A stretch of 64,000 nucleotides of DNA from an uncultured Alphaproteobacteria bacterium (GCA_963799475.1 CAWCXD010000006.1:17096-81095); one strand, 5' to 3'; shown: positions 9,571-20,123, numbered from the stretch's first letter. The notes: generated by a model not told the origin, from the letters alone. Made by a program: numbers and translations.

Positions 9571-11929
9571 TCAGCTGTGAGGAGGAAATGGCGTGAGGTC
9601 GCTCTCCGCAATCGCCTGACCGCGCAATCCGAGCTTTACCGGAACATCGTAGAGCCGGCCCGGCCCAAAGCGACGATAGAAATGCCGCAAGCCCGGGACG
9701 ATCACCCTGACGACGGGAACTTCCACGTCCGGCCGGGTCTGATTGAGAACCAGGAAATCGAGACCTGCGCGCTTCGCGATGTCGACGCAGGCAAGGACCT
9801 GATCGCGCGTGTTATCGAGCGTACCGAACTTCAGGCCCGATGGCAGCGCTGGATTGTCGATCGGTGTCAGGAACGGATAGTTCTTCAGATAGAGCGGCGT
9901 CGTGCCGTCGAGGCTCGACTTTTCGCCGCTTCCGCCTCCCATCAGACCGATTGAGAGGAATTGGTTGAGCTCCGTCAACGTGCGCAGCAAAGCAATGCGC
10001 TTATCGAAATGTGCACCGGAGCCGAACTCGATATTTTCCTGCCCGTTTTGCATCCAATGCAATACCGCGACGTAAGTGGGCACACCGAGATCGCTGGTGA
10101 CATCGAGCACCCACAATTTCCGTCCGGCGTCGGCAAGCTGGCTGTGTAGATCGCGAACGTAGGAGTCGTTGAACTGGCTGAGATCTACCTGATTGCGCTG
10201 CGAACGATTGTACCACCAGATGGCGTAGGCATCGCGCTCCACCAACTCGAGGAAGCCCTGAACGATCGCCTCTTCAAGCGTGTTGCCGGCGGCGCAACCG
10301 TTGGAATCTGCGTGGAAGGCGGCGGGACCGCTGTAGAAAAAGTACAGCAAGCTGGTCGGAACATATTTGAAGCGGCTATCGCGTAGCGACCAGATCGGGG
10401 ACCATTCGATCTTGGCTGATGGATCGAACGGGGCAGGGGCAGCCTGTGTCTCGCTCGAACTCGTCGGCCATCGGATCCGGCCGCGATTGCGCGTCGCTGA
10501 ATAGCAGGACGTCGTTGGGGGCAATGGCTTCGCCCGGCGCGAAATCCGAGAACCGTCGCGTCAGCCTGATTTCGTCACCTTGGAAAATCCCGGAATAGCG
10601 CTCGATCGCCTCCATCAGAGCACTGGCTTCAGCCTGCTCGGCCGTGCTGCCCTTGCCGAAGCTTCCGCCGGTCAAACCCGACCTAAGCTCATCGACGTTC
10701 TGGGCCGGCGCCGAGAAGTTATGCGCCGCGTAAAAGTTGGTGTTCATCGGCAGATCGGCTTCGATGCGCTCGAGCCGCGTCACAACGCCAGTGAGTGGGG
10801 TTACGTGTTTTCGAAAGCGTGCCACCGTTGCCCGCGACGAGACGGTGCGGTATCCGCCGCTGGTCATCACCAGTTTGGCGCCGGCGCCGATCTCAATCGG
10901 CTCGGGCGCGCGGCGCGGGTCTCGCAATTTCCTCGCACCGCAGGTCGGGCACTGCGGGCGGGCCGCCACGTAGTGTTTCACGATCGTCGCGCCCAACAAA
11001 TCGTTACTGAAAATGTGATCGTTCAACTCGGTGCGAAAGCCCGTGGCGATTGCCTTGGCGACTTCCAGCGCAGCAAATTGGGCGGCACTTTGTCCAAGTG
11101 TGTTACGGGCGAGCGGCGAAATCGAGACAGCCTGTGCCGGACCGCGGTCGAGAAACCCTTTGACCTCTCGATTTCGGATCATGCGATCGAACAGGCAGGT
11201 CCAGCACGCGCCGTCTCCCGGCCTAAATAGGGGGCCTACCAACGGAAAGGCACCGGAGGGCTGCACGATCAGCCAGGGCGTCCGGTCCGCCACCCGCTGC
11301 TGGTTTAGCTCAGCTAACCGTCGTTCGAGATAGTCGTTCACCAGCGTGACCGTCAGGTCGGGCGAACGGTTGACGACGTTAACGCCGAGCGCGCCGAGAG
11401 CGGCGCTGAATTCGGCCGCACCGTTCACATCGATCGCTTCGACGCGTACCCGGCAATTCACGAGATTTTGCTCGGCCACGCCCGGCGGCAGACCGAGGCT
11501 CGCCCAATAGCCGTCGACGGCACTGGGAGATGACGGCGACGCCGGGACGATATAGCGGCGATCCATTAGCCGCTTGAGCGCTTCCTCGATCTTGTCCTGT
11601 GGGTAATTCTTTCCCAACTCGCGCGCGAGCTCGGGGAAACTCTTGTTGCCCTTGCCGATGGCCGAGGCGAGGGCGCAATAGAGCTCGCCATGAAGGAAGA
11701 ACTTCCGATCCTCCGAATAGAGGCAGACGACATCGGGCGGCAGCACATAGACGGTGAAATTCGGCGCAAATTGCGGAACGTCCTGTCTGGCGTGCCCTGC
11801 CAAACCGGGTTTTTTCTTGACGGCGCCGGCGAGCGCTTTCCGCCCGGGACTGCGGCTCGGTGGCTTAGGACGTGATTTTCGAACGACGGACTTTTTTTGA
11901 CGTGGCTGGACGCGGGCTTTTTTTGACAA
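9571..11929 (-). CDS. Fused RRE / E1-like (ocin-ThiF) / YcaO cyclodehydratase, interrupted by a 1-nt frameshift near 10460
   Basis: 5' ORF: 'VGPLFRPGDGACWTC', 'RPQCPTCG', 'GKGSTAEQAEASALMEAIERYS'. 3' ORF: 'DSNGCAAGNTLEEAIVQGFLELVERDA', 'RTLTELNQ', 'PVVRVIVPGL', Pro-rich end TPFPPHS. The two frames join at ADE|SSETQ; TTG start. Confidence 0.9.
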
Positions 11930-12005
11930 GGCTGGGACCTATTCGACCGATGTGCGCGGGTCAGCAATCGGGCACAGATGAGTTCGCACTGCAACACAAT
12001 ATGGA

Positions 12006-12037
12006 ATGGCCGGGTCGACCCCGTCGAACCCGGCCAT
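12006..12037. repeat. REP-like palindrome (ATGGCCGGG...CCCGGCCAT) between precursor and cyclodehydratase
   Basis: 9-bp perfect outer stem plus inner TCGAC/GTCGA stem. Confidence 0.7.
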
Positions 12038-12075
12038 GAGTTGCGTTTATCATCGTAAGCGGAAGCTGGTCCGGC

Positions 12076-12471
12076 TTAGCAAATGCGGCAGGCTCCCCAG
12101 GAGAGGCAGCAGCCGCCGCCACAACCACCGCAACCGCCGCAGCCACGGCAACCACGGCAACCCCGACAGCCTCGGCAACCACGGCAGCCACCGCAACCAC
12201 GCCAAGCCAGCTGCACGCCGTTCTTAGCCGACCCGGTGTTCTCCTTGTCGAACACATAGAACGTCGCCAAGCTGACATCGGCGATTTCTTCCTCGCCCAG
12301 CGTGACCTGTTGACCCAGTCCGAGGTTGTTCGGTGTCTGCGCTACGTCGCTTGTGGGCACGGCTGCTGCCGATGCGCCGCCCACCATCGAAAACGTCAAT
12401 CCGGCGGCTCCCAGGACCGGTACGGACTTCGGCATACGCTTTTTCTTCGAAGCTTGTTTCACCCGCGGCAT
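12076..12471 (-). CDS. RiPP precursor peptide with Cys-Xaa-Xaa repeat core
   Basis: GGAGG RBS; leader 'TLGEEEIADVS'; core RGC GGC (RGC)5 (GGC)2 GGGCCLSWGACRIC with 13 Cys; first gene of the YcaO/SagB run. Confidence 0.88.
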   Translation of the reverse strand: MPRVKQASKKKRMPKSVPVLGAAGLTFSMVGGASAAAVPTSDVAQTPNNLGLGQQVTLGEEEIADVSLATFYVFDKENTGSAKNGVQLAWRGCGGCRGCRGCRGCRGCRGCGGCGGCGGGCCLSWGACRIC

Positions 12472-12521
12472 TATTCACTCCTCCATAGCTTGGAAAAAAT
12501 GGTTCGAGTCCAGCGACAGGA

Positions 12522-12550
12522 ATAGTACGCCCGGCAAAAGTGCCATGCAA
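12522..12550 (-). promoter_or_regulatory. Candidate sigma70 promoter of the precursor
   Basis: Minus strand TTGCAT-17 bp-TACTAT, about 50 bp upstream of the ATG. Confidence 0.5.
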
Positions 12551-12816
12551 GACAGGTCGCGTGGACCGATCGAAGCTTGGTCGTTGCGGCAACGCACTCG
12601 GTTCATATTGATGAACGAATTTGGCGCTTTCATTCAGCTGTTATTCATGAACTGGCGCATCCACGACACGACGTTGCCTATGTGGGAATCAGGAGGCGCT
12701 CGCGAGCTAAGTGTCAGCGTTCATTCAACCGCGAAGCAAAGTGTAAAATTATATTGAAAGCGGCAGTTGCCAATCGACCGCCCCTGACGGTTTATAGGTT
12801 CGAACGGAGACGAGGC

Positions 12817-13716
12817 ATGGTCGACTATCACGGACGTTTCGTCTGGTACGAGCTGATGACGACAGACGTTGCGGCTGCCGAGGCGTTTTACGCCAAGGTC
12901 TTCGGCTGGGGCGCACAGCAGGCCTCGGCACCGGGGCTGCCTTATACCACGCTCACCGTGGGAAAGGTCCCGATCGGCGGTCTCATGGACCTGCCAGAGG
13001 AGGCCAGGAGAATGGGCGCAACGCCGCGCTGGATTGGGTATGTCGGGGTCAACGACGTCGACGCCGTGGTCGACCGGCTCAAGCGTCTGGGCGGCGCGGT
13101 CTACGTTCCGCCGACGGACAGCAACATCGGTCGCATCTCGGTGGTTGCCGACCCGCAGACGGCCACGCTGGCACTGGTCGAGGGACTGAAGCCCACTCAG
13201 CAGAAGCTCGCCGAACCGGGTAAGTCGGGCCGCTTTGGCTGGCACGAGTTGCTCGCCGCAGACCGAGAGAAGGCGTTTGCTTTCTACAGCGAGTTGCTGG
13301 GCTGGCAGAAGGCGAATGCCGAATTCGGCTCGATGGAAGCGTATCAATTTTTTTCCTCCGGCGAAGAGATGATCGGGGGCATGTTCAACAAGGCGCAGCA
13401 GGAGCCCGTACCGTTCTGGCTTTATTACTTGAATGTGGGCGACATCGACGCGGCCGCCGAACGGGTTGAGAATGCGGGCGGCCAGATCTTTCAGGGCCCG
13501 AACGAATTGCCGGACGAAAGCTGGATTGCCCGCTGCAGGGATCCGCAAGGTGCGGCGTTCGCCCTGCAGGGCAGGCGAAGCCAGGACGGCATCCGCCGGG
13601 CTCCCGCCTCGGAAGTCGGCTGGTCGACCACGTGGGGAGATATATCGTCGAGAGGCCGATTGGTCGTCACCCGCCCTAGAGGCCGAGGGCGAACCTCGGA
13701 CACCGAGGAAAGTTGA
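12817..13716 (+). CDS. Two-domain VOC (glyoxalase/bleomycin-resistance) family protein
   Basis: 'FVWYELMTTD...AFYAKVFGW', second copy 'FGWHELLA...AFYSELLGW', 'DPQGAAFAL'. Confidence 0.9.
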   Translation: MVDYHGRFVWYELMTTDVAAAEAFYAKVFGWGAQQASAPGLPYTTLTVGKVPIGGLMDLPEEARRMGATPRWIGYVGVNDVDAVVDRLKRLGGAVYVPPTDSNIGRISVVADPQTATLALVEGLKPTQQKLAEPGKSGRFGWHELLAADREKAFAFYSELLGWQKANAEFGSMEAYQFFSSGEEMIGGMFNKAQQEPVPFWLYYLNVGDIDAAAERVENAGGQIFQGPNELPDESWIARCRDPQGAAFALQGRRSQDGIRRAPASEVGWSTTWGDISSRGRLVVTRPRGRGRTSDTEES

Positions 13717-13734
13717 CCCGCCTTAACGCTTCGA

Positions 13735-14889
13735 TCAGCCGGCCTGAGGCGGCGCGGGCGTCGGTTTGGGGAGCGGCTTGTCCTGCCGTTTCGACCAGGA
13801 GATGTAGTAGGCGACGAGGGTCATGATCGCGATGCCGGTCACGCTGACAAAGACCTGCGCGAACAGCGAGCCTGAGCTGATCATCAACTCGAAATGTCCG
13901 ACGAATGACAGGAAGACGCCGACGCAGAACACCGCGAGCGACTGCTGACCGCAGACGATAACGGGGTCGAATATCTTCCATTCCAGGCCCGGCCAATCCT
14001 TGGGCACAAACCGGATGACCAGGATCACGATCACCACGAAGTGCAGGAAGCGGTAGGGCGCCAGATTGGTTTTGTCGTTCGGATTGAAGGTATCAAAGAG
14101 CCAACGCGGGAACATCGCGCCGAAATCCGGGAATTTTCCCGCCATCGTCATCACCATCGCAAAGATGAGATAGGCGATGCAGAAATACAGGGTGAGCGGC
14201 GAGTCGATGATCGATCGCGATCTGGTAGCGCCGCCGAGTGCGCACCACGAGCCGAATACAAACAACACTTGCCAGCAGAACGGATTGAAATACCACACCC
14301 CCGACGGATAGGCCGATAGGTTCCAGCCGAATTGCCGGGCCGCGAGCCACAGCGCGATCGACGCGAGCATCGTTAGGCCGGGCCGGCGCAGCATCATCCA
14401 CAGCACCGGCGGAAACAATCCCATCAGGACGATGTAAAGGGGAAGCACGTCCAGGTTGACCGGCTTGAATTTCAGCAGCAATCCTTGGCGCAGCGTCTCC
14501 ACCGCGCTGTCGACCAGGCCCGCCACATTGAACTCGTTGATGATCTCCGGCGCGCTGAAACGTAACGCGACATAACCGATCGAAACGATGTAGATGACGA
14601 ACAGGATGATATGCGCGACGTAGAGCTGCCAGACGCGCTTGGTCAGCCGGGTGGCGCCGACGATGAAGCCGCGCTCCAGCATCATCCGGGCATAGACAAA
14701 GGATGCGGTATACCCTGAGATGAAAACGAACAGATCCGCGGCGTCGCTGAAGCCGTAATTGCGGGTGGTAATCCAATTCACCACGTTGTCGGGGATGTGA
14801 TCCAGGAAAATCGCCCAGTTTGCAACCCCCCGAAACAGGTCGAGCCGGAGATCGCGTCCTTTGGGGGGCAGGGTGGCATTGATTTTCAT
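13735..14889 (-). CDS. opgC: OpgC-domain membrane protein (periplasmic glucan succinylation family)
   Basis: 'RDLRLDLFRG', 'GFSDAADLFVFISGY', 'LDVLPLY', 'CGQQSLAVF'. Confidence 0.85.
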   Translation of the reverse strand: MKINATLPPKGRDLRLDLFRGVANWAIFLDHIPDNVVNWITTRNYGFSDAADLFVFISGYTASFVYARMMLERGFIVGATRLTKRVWQLYVAHIILFVIYIVSIGYVALRFSAPEIINEFNVAGLVDSAVETLRQGLLLKFKPVNLDVLPLYIVLMGLFPPVLWMMLRRPGLTMLASIALWLAARQFGWNLSAYPSGVWYFNPFCWQVLFVFGSWCALGGATRSRSIIDSPLTLYFCIAYLIFAMVMTMAGKFPDFGAMFPRWLFDTFNPNDKTNLAPYRFLHFVVIVILVIRFVPKDWPGLEWKIFDPVIVCGQQSLAVFCVGVFLSFVGHFELMISSGSLFAQVFVSVTGIAIMTLVAYYISWSKRQDKPLPKPTPAPPQAG

Positions 14890-15110
14890 GGGTGCCGTTT
14901 CGCTGGGATGCTTTCGAAAGGATCGAACCCCGGGTGCGCGGTGTCAGCCGAGCGATTAGCCAAGTTGTCACAGCACGGCAGAGTGACTATAGGAAAATGT
15001 GGCATCCAAGGCTGGGAATCGCTGACCAAATACCCGAGAGGTGTTCCTATACTATCCCGGCCATTTTTGCCACGCGCTTCCTGCCGCATCTATCACGGGA
15101 CCTGACCTTC

Positions 15111-15416
15111 ATGACCGCACGCATCTTTAAGCCTGCCAAAAACGCGATGCAATCGGGGATCGCCAAGACCCGGGAATGGCAGCTCGATTATGAACCCGAG
15201 CAGCCCCGCGCGATCGAGCCTTTGATGGGCTGGACCAGTTCTGGCGACATGAAGCAGCAGCTCACCATTCGCTTCGACACCAAAGAAGATGCCGTGGCGT
15301 ATTGCGAGCGCGAGGGCATTCCCTACCAGGTTATCGAGCCGAAAGCGCCGGCCCGGCGTCAAGCCGCCTATGCCGACAATTTCGCGTTCCGGCGCGGCGA
15401 ACCCTGGACCCACTGA
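15111..15416 (+). CDS. ETC complex I subunit (NDUFS4-like)
   Basis: 'ARIFKPAKNAMQSG', 'PLMGWTSSGD', 'YADNF'. Confidence 0.9.
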   Translation: MTARIFKPAKNAMQSGIAKTREWQLDYEPEQPRAIEPLMGWTSSGDMKQQLTIRFDTKEDAVAYCEREGIPYQVIEPKAPARRQAAYADNFAFRRGEPWTH

Positions 15417-15587
15417 GGGTCGAAATCGCCTAAATTTATCCGGGCATTGCGGTGGATCGAAACTTCCGGGTTGCCTAAGGCGGCGGCGCAATGACACCAT
15501 GGCGGAGGTCCCGAGGCGTCAGCTGCGGGCACTAAAGCTGCCCCGAAAACAATCCAAGGGGACAGGAAAGGGAAACTGCCCAAGGTC

Positions 15588-17192
15588 ATGCCGCTCCGTT
15601 CCACGACCGATGCTTCCTCGTCCGATTTCGCCCGCAACGCCGAAGCCATGCGTGCGTTGATCGCCGAATTGCGCGGCAAGCTCGATGAGGTCGCCGGCGG
15701 CGGCGGCGAGGCGTCGCGTGCCCGGCACACCGCGCGTGGCAAGATGCTGGCGCGGCAGCGCGTCGACCTGCTGATCGATCCGGGTACGGCGTTCCTGGAG
15801 TTGTCGCCGCTGGCCGCCAACGGCCTGTATGGCGGCGATGTGCACTCCGCGAGCATCGTCACCGGTGTCGGCCGGATTTCGGGGCGCGAATGCGTCGTCG
15901 TCGCCAACGATGCCACCATCAAGGGCGGCACCTACTATCCGATGACGGTGAAGAAGCACCTGCGCGCGCAGGACATTGCACGGCAGAACAATCTTCCCTG
16001 CGTCTACATGGTGGATTCGGGCGGCGCGTTCCTGCCGCAGCAGGACGAGATTTTTCCCGATGAGCGGCATTTTGGCCGCATCTTCTACAATCAGGCGCAG
16101 ATGTCGGCGGCTGGCATCCCCCAGATCGCGATCGTGATGGGCTCCTGCACCGCCGGCGGGGCCTATGTCCCGGCGATGTCGGACGAGAGCATCATCGTGC
16201 GAAATCAAGGCACGATCTTTCTCGGCGGACCGCCGCTGGTGAAGGCAGCTACCGGCGAGGTGGTCTCTGCCGAAGAACTCGGCGGCGCCGACGTGCACTC
16301 GCGGCAATCCGGTGTGACCGATCATTATGCGCAAAACGACAGCCATGCGATCGGCATCGCACGCCGCATCGTAGCCTCGTTGAAGCCGCCGCAGCGCGCC
16401 GCCCTGAACATGCGCCCGCCGCGCGAGCCGCTGTTTGCGCCAGAGGAGATCTACGGCGTCGTCCCCGTCGATGGCCGCAAGCCGTTCGATGTGCGCGACA
16501 TCATCGCGCGGGTTGTCGACGGTTCGGAGTTCGACGAGTTCAAGAAATTGTACGGTCAGACCTTGGTTTGCGGGTTCGCCCACATCTGGGGTTATCCGGT
16601 CGGCATCATCGCCAACAACGGAATCCTGTTCAGTGAGAGTTCGCTGAAGGGTGCGCATTTCATCGAGCTGTGCTGTCAGCGCAATATCCCGCTGGTGTTT
16701 CTGCAAAACATCACAGGCTTCATGGTCGGCAAGAAATACGAGGCCGGCGGCATCGCGCGCGACGGCGCCAAGCTGGTGACGGCGGTGGCGACCGCCGGCG
16801 TGCCGAAGTTTACCGTCGTGATCGGCGGGTCCTACGGCGCCGGCAATTACGGCATGTGTGGCCGCGCCTATAGCCCCCGGTTTCTCTGGATGTGGCCGAA
16901 CGCAAGGATCTCGGTGATGGGCGGCGAGCAGGCTGCGATGGTGCTGAGCCAGTTGCGGCGCGACAATATCGAGGCCAAGGGCGGCACCTGGTCGGTCGAA
17001 GAGGAAAACGAGTTTCGGGCGCCGACGCGCGCGCAGTTCGAGGCGCAGGGCAATCCCTATTACGCCACCGCCAGACTCTGGGATGACGGGGTGATCGATC
17101 CCGCCGATACGCGGCTGGTGCTCGGGCTCGGCCTGTCGGCCGCGGCGAATGCGCCGATCGAGCCGACCCGCTTCGGCCTGTTCAGGATGTGA
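15588..17192 (+). CDS. mccB: Methylcrotonyl-CoA carboxylase, carboxyltransferase (beta) subunit
   Basis: '[23 protein letters not shown]', '[11 protein letters not shown]', '[15 protein letters not shown]'. Confidence 0.9.
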   Translation: MPLRSTTDASSSDFARNAEAMRALIAELRGKLDEVAGGGGEASRARHTARGKMLARQRVDLLIDPGTAFLELSPLAANGLYGGDVHSASIVTGVGRISGRECVVVANDATIKGGTYYPMTVKKHLRAQDIARQNNLPCVYMVDSGGAFLPQQDEIFPDERHFGRIFYNQAQMSAAGIPQIAIVMGSCTAGGAYVPAMSDESIIVRNQGTIFLGGPPLVKAATGEVVSAEELGGADVHSRQSGVTDHYAQNDSHAIGIARRIVASLKPPQRAALNMRPPREPLFAPEEIYGVVPVDGRKPFDVRDIIARVVDGSEFDEFKKLYGQTLVCGFAHIWGYPVGIIANNGILFSESSLKGAHFIELCCQRNIPLVFLQNITGFMVGKKYEAGGIARDGAKLVTAVATAGVPKFTVVIGGSYGAGNYGMCGRAYSPRFLWMWPNARISVMGGEQAAMVLSQLRRDNIEAKGGTWSVEEENEFRAPTRAQFEAQGNPYYATARLWDDGVIDPADTRLVLGLGLSAAANAPIEPTRFGLFRM

Positions 17193-19201
17193 CGATGGAT
17201 CGCTCCAAGCTTTACCGGCGATTTTGTACCCTGCTGATCGCCAATCGCGGCGAGATCGCCTGCCGGGTGATCCGCAGCGCCAAAGCGATGGGCTTGCGCA
17301 CGGTGGCGGTCTATTCCGAAGCGGACCGCGACGCCATGCATGTCGCCATGGCCGATGAGGCCGTTCTGCTCGGGCCGGCGCGGGCGCGCGACAGCTACCT
17401 CAACATCGAGCGGGTGATCGAGGCCGCCCGAAGCAGCGGCGCGCAAGCCATCCATCCCGGTTACGGGTTCCTGTCGGAGAGCGCGGAATTCGCCCAGGCC
17501 TGCCTGAACGCGGGGTTGGTGTTTGTCGGGCCGACGGCCGCCATGATCGAGGCGATGGGCTCGAAGTCCGGCTCGAAGATGCTGATGGAGAAAGCGGGCG
17601 TGCCGCTGGTGCCGGGCTATCACGGCGAGGCGCAGGACGACGCAAAGCTGGCGAAAGCCGCCAACGAGATCGGCTTTCCGGTTCTGGTCAAGGCTTCGGC
17701 CGGTGGCGGCGGGCGCGGCATGCGCATCGTGCGGTCGGCGGACGAACTTGCCCCCGCGATCGTCAGTGCCAAGCGCGAGGCCAAGGCCGCCTTCGGCGAC
17801 GATCGCATGCTGATCGAGAAGTTCGTTCAAAACCCGCGCCACATCGAGGTGCAGGTGATCGGTGACAGCCACGGCAATCTGCTGTCGCTGTTCGAGCGCG
17901 AATGTACGCTGCAGCGGCGGCATCAGAAGGTGATCGAGGAAGCGCCGTCGCCGACGCTCGATAATGTTCAGCGTGATGCGGTGTGCGCCGCGGCGCGCAA
18001 GGCGGCGGCCGCAGTCAATTATGTCGGGGCCGGCACCATCGAGTTCGTCTCGGACGGCACCGATGTCTTCTTTATCGAGATGAATACAAGGTTGCAGGTT
18101 GAGCACCCCGTGACCGAACTGATCACGGGAATCGACCTCGTGGAATGGCAGTTGCGCGTGGCATTCGGCGAAAAGCTGCCGCTCACGCAGGACCAGATCA
18201 CGCTCAATGGTCATGCTATCGAGGCGCGGGTCTACGCGGAGAATCCGTACAAGAATTTCATGCCGTCGGTCGGCCGCATCAAGACCTGGCGCATGCCGGA
18301 CCAATCGAACGGCCTGCGCATCGATGCCGGCTATCGCGAGGGCGATGCGGTGTCGCCGCATTACGACGCCATGCTGGCCAAGGTCATCGCCTGGGCGCCG
18401 ACGCGCGCCGCGGCGATCGAGCGGCTCAACCGCGGCCTCGAGGACGCCGATGTTCGCGGTGTCGTCACCAACATTCCCTTCCTTTCGGCGTTGGTGACCC
18501 ATCCGGACGTGCGTGCCAATGCCATCGACACCGGCTTTATCGAACGCGAACTGAAAAGCCTGACGCCGCCGCCGGCCGCTCCCGGCAATCTCGAACTGTG
18601 CGCTGCCGTTGTCGCCCTCCTGGAGGGGGAACGGCGCGCCGCGCGCGCCGAAGCGGCTTCGCCCTGGCAAACCGCGGGCTGGATGCCGGTCGGCCGGCGG
18701 AGGCGAACGTTCAGATTCCGTCACGCGCCCGAGACGGATCAGGAGGTCCACCTGCGCTATGGCCGCGGGCCTGGGACGCTGTCGATCGGCAAGCAAGAAT
18801 TCGCCTTCGAAAGCACAGCCGCGGATGACGGTGGCTTCGATCTGACGCTCAATGGCATGAAGTCGCGCATCGTGGCGGTCGTCGAGGGCCATGAACTGTA
18901 TTTGCGGACGCGCAACGGCCGTTTCGACCTGCATTGGGTCGATCCGTTCGGCGGCGACGACGAGGAGCAGGTCGGCGAGGACAAGATCGTGGCGCCGTTG
19001 CCGGGGACCGTGGTCGCGCTGCTAGCCAAGGAGGGCGCGGCTTTGGAGAAGGGGGCGCCGATCCTCACGCTTGAGGTGATGAAGATGGAGCAGACCTTGC
19101 GTGCGCCCTTCGCGGGCGTGCTGAAGGCGATCAAATGCAAGGTCGGCGATATTGTCCAGGAGGGCGTCGAACTCGCCGAAATCGAGCCGACCGCCGGGTG
19201 A
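17189..19201 (+). CDS. mccA: Methylcrotonyl-CoA carboxylase, biotin carboxylase/biotin carrier (alpha) subunit
   Basis: '[10 protein letters not shown]', '[11 protein letters not shown]', biotin motif 'EVMKME'. Confidence 0.9.
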   Translation: MTMDRSKLYRRFCTLLIANRGEIACRVIRSAKAMGLRTVAVYSEADRDAMHVAMADEAVLLGPARARDSYLNIERVIEAARSSGAQAIHPGYGFLSESAEFAQACLNAGLVFVGPTAAMIEAMGSKSGSKMLMEKAGVPLVPGYHGEAQDDAKLAKAANEIGFPVLVKASAGGGGRGMRIVRSADELAPAIVSAKREAKAAFGDDRMLIEKFVQNPRHIEVQVIGDSHGNLLSLFERECTLQRRHQKVIEEAPSPTLDNVQRDAVCAAARKAAAAVNYVGAGTIEFVSDGTDVFFIEMNTRLQVEHPVTELITGIDLVEWQLRVAFGEKLPLTQDQITLNGHAIEARVYAENPYKNFMPSVGRIKTWRMPDQSNGLRIDAGYREGDAVSPHYDAMLAKVIAWAPTRAAAIERLNRGLEDADVRGVVTNIPFLSALVTHPDVRANAIDTGFIERELKSLTPPPAAPGNLELCAAVVALLEGERRAARAEAASPWQTAGWMPVGRRRRTFRFRHAPETDQEVHLRYGRGPGTLSIGKQEFAFESTAADDGGFDLTLNGMKSRIVAVVEGHELYLRTRNGRFDLHWVDPFGGDDEEQVGEDKIVAPLPGTVVALLAKEGAALEKGAPILTLEVMKMEQTLRAPFAGVLKAIKCKVGDIVQEGVELAEIEPTAG

Positions 19202-19208
19202 GGCCGCT

Positions 19209-20123
19209 ATGAGTGATTCCGTGCGTATCGTCGAAGTCGGCCCGCGCGACGGCCTGCAAAACGAGAAGACGCCCATCAGCGTCGCTGACCGCATCGCCTT
19301 CGTCGAGGCGCTGATCGGCGCCGGGCTGCATACCGTCGAAGTCGGCGCGTTCGTCTCGCCGAAGGCGGTCCCGCATATGGTGAATTCGGATCAGGTGCTG
19401 CGCGGCGTCAACCGTCACCCCGGCAGCGAATTCCACGTCCTGGTCCCGAACGAGAAGGGCTATGAGGCGGCGCGGACCGCTGGCGCCAAGGTGATCGCGG
19501 TGTTTGCGGCGGCGTCAGAGGGCTTTTCCCGCGCCAATATCAATTGCTCGGTCGCCGAGTCGATCGAGCGCTTCAAGCCGGTCATCGCCCGGGCCAAGGC
19601 CGACGGCGTCAGGGTGCGCGGCTATGTGTCCTGCGTACTCGGCTGCCCCTATGAGGGCGCGGTCAAGCCGCAGGCAGTCGTGGACGTGGCGCGGACCTTG
19701 TGGGATCTCGGCTGCTACGAAGTCTCGCTCGGCGACACCATCGGGGTCGGCACGCCGCTCAAGGCCCGGCACTTGCTGCGCGCAGTGGCCGGCGCTGTGC
19801 CGATGGCCCATCTCGCGATGCATTTTCACGATACCTACGGCCAGGCGCTGGCCAACCTCTATGCCGGGATGGAGGAGGGCGCGCGCGTGATCGACTCCGC
19901 CGCGGGAGGCCTCGGCGGCTGTCCCTATGCGCCCGGCGCCACCGGCAACGTCGCGACCGAGGATGTGGTCTACATGCTCGAAGGCATGGGGATCGCGACC
20001 GGGGTCGACATGCCAAGGCTGGTGGCGGCGACCAACGAGGTCAGCCGGCTGATCGGCCGCCCGCCGGTGAGCCGGGTTGCCGCGGCGATCAATGCGAAGC
20101 GGCGAGTGGCGAATAGCGAATAG
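19209..20123 (+). CDS. hmgL: Hydroxymethylglutaryl-CoA lyase
   Basis: 'EVGPRDGLQNE', 'HFHDTYG', 'GLGGCPYAPGATGN'. Confidence 0.93.
   Translation: MSDSVRIVEVGPRDGLQNEKTPISVADRIAFVEALIGAGLHTVEVGAFVSPKAVPHMVNSDQVLRGVNRHPGSEFHVLVPNEKGYEAARTAGAKVIAVFAAASEGFSRANINCSVAESIERFKPVIARAKADGVRVRGYVSCVLGCPYEGAVKPQAVVDVARTLWDLGCYEVSLGDTIGVGTPLKARHLLRAVAGAVPMAHLAMHFHDTYGQALANLYAGMEEGARVIDSAAGGLGGCPYAPGATGNVATEDVVYMLEGMGIATGVDMPRLVAATNEVSRLIGRPPVSRVAAAINAKRRVANSE

Noticed and set aside
12100-12205. 9-bp periodic DNA as a CRISPR or VNTR
   Set aside because: It is the coding repeat of the precursor core; there are no spacers
12531-12546. TGGCAC...TTGC on the minus strand upstream of the precursor as a sigma54 promoter
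   Set aside because: Spacing between the GG and GC elements is too short for a -24/-12 promoter
15420-15500. Possible tRNA after the complex I subunit gene
   Set aside because: No cloverleaf, T-loop consensus or CCA; only a loose CATTGCG/CGCAATG stem
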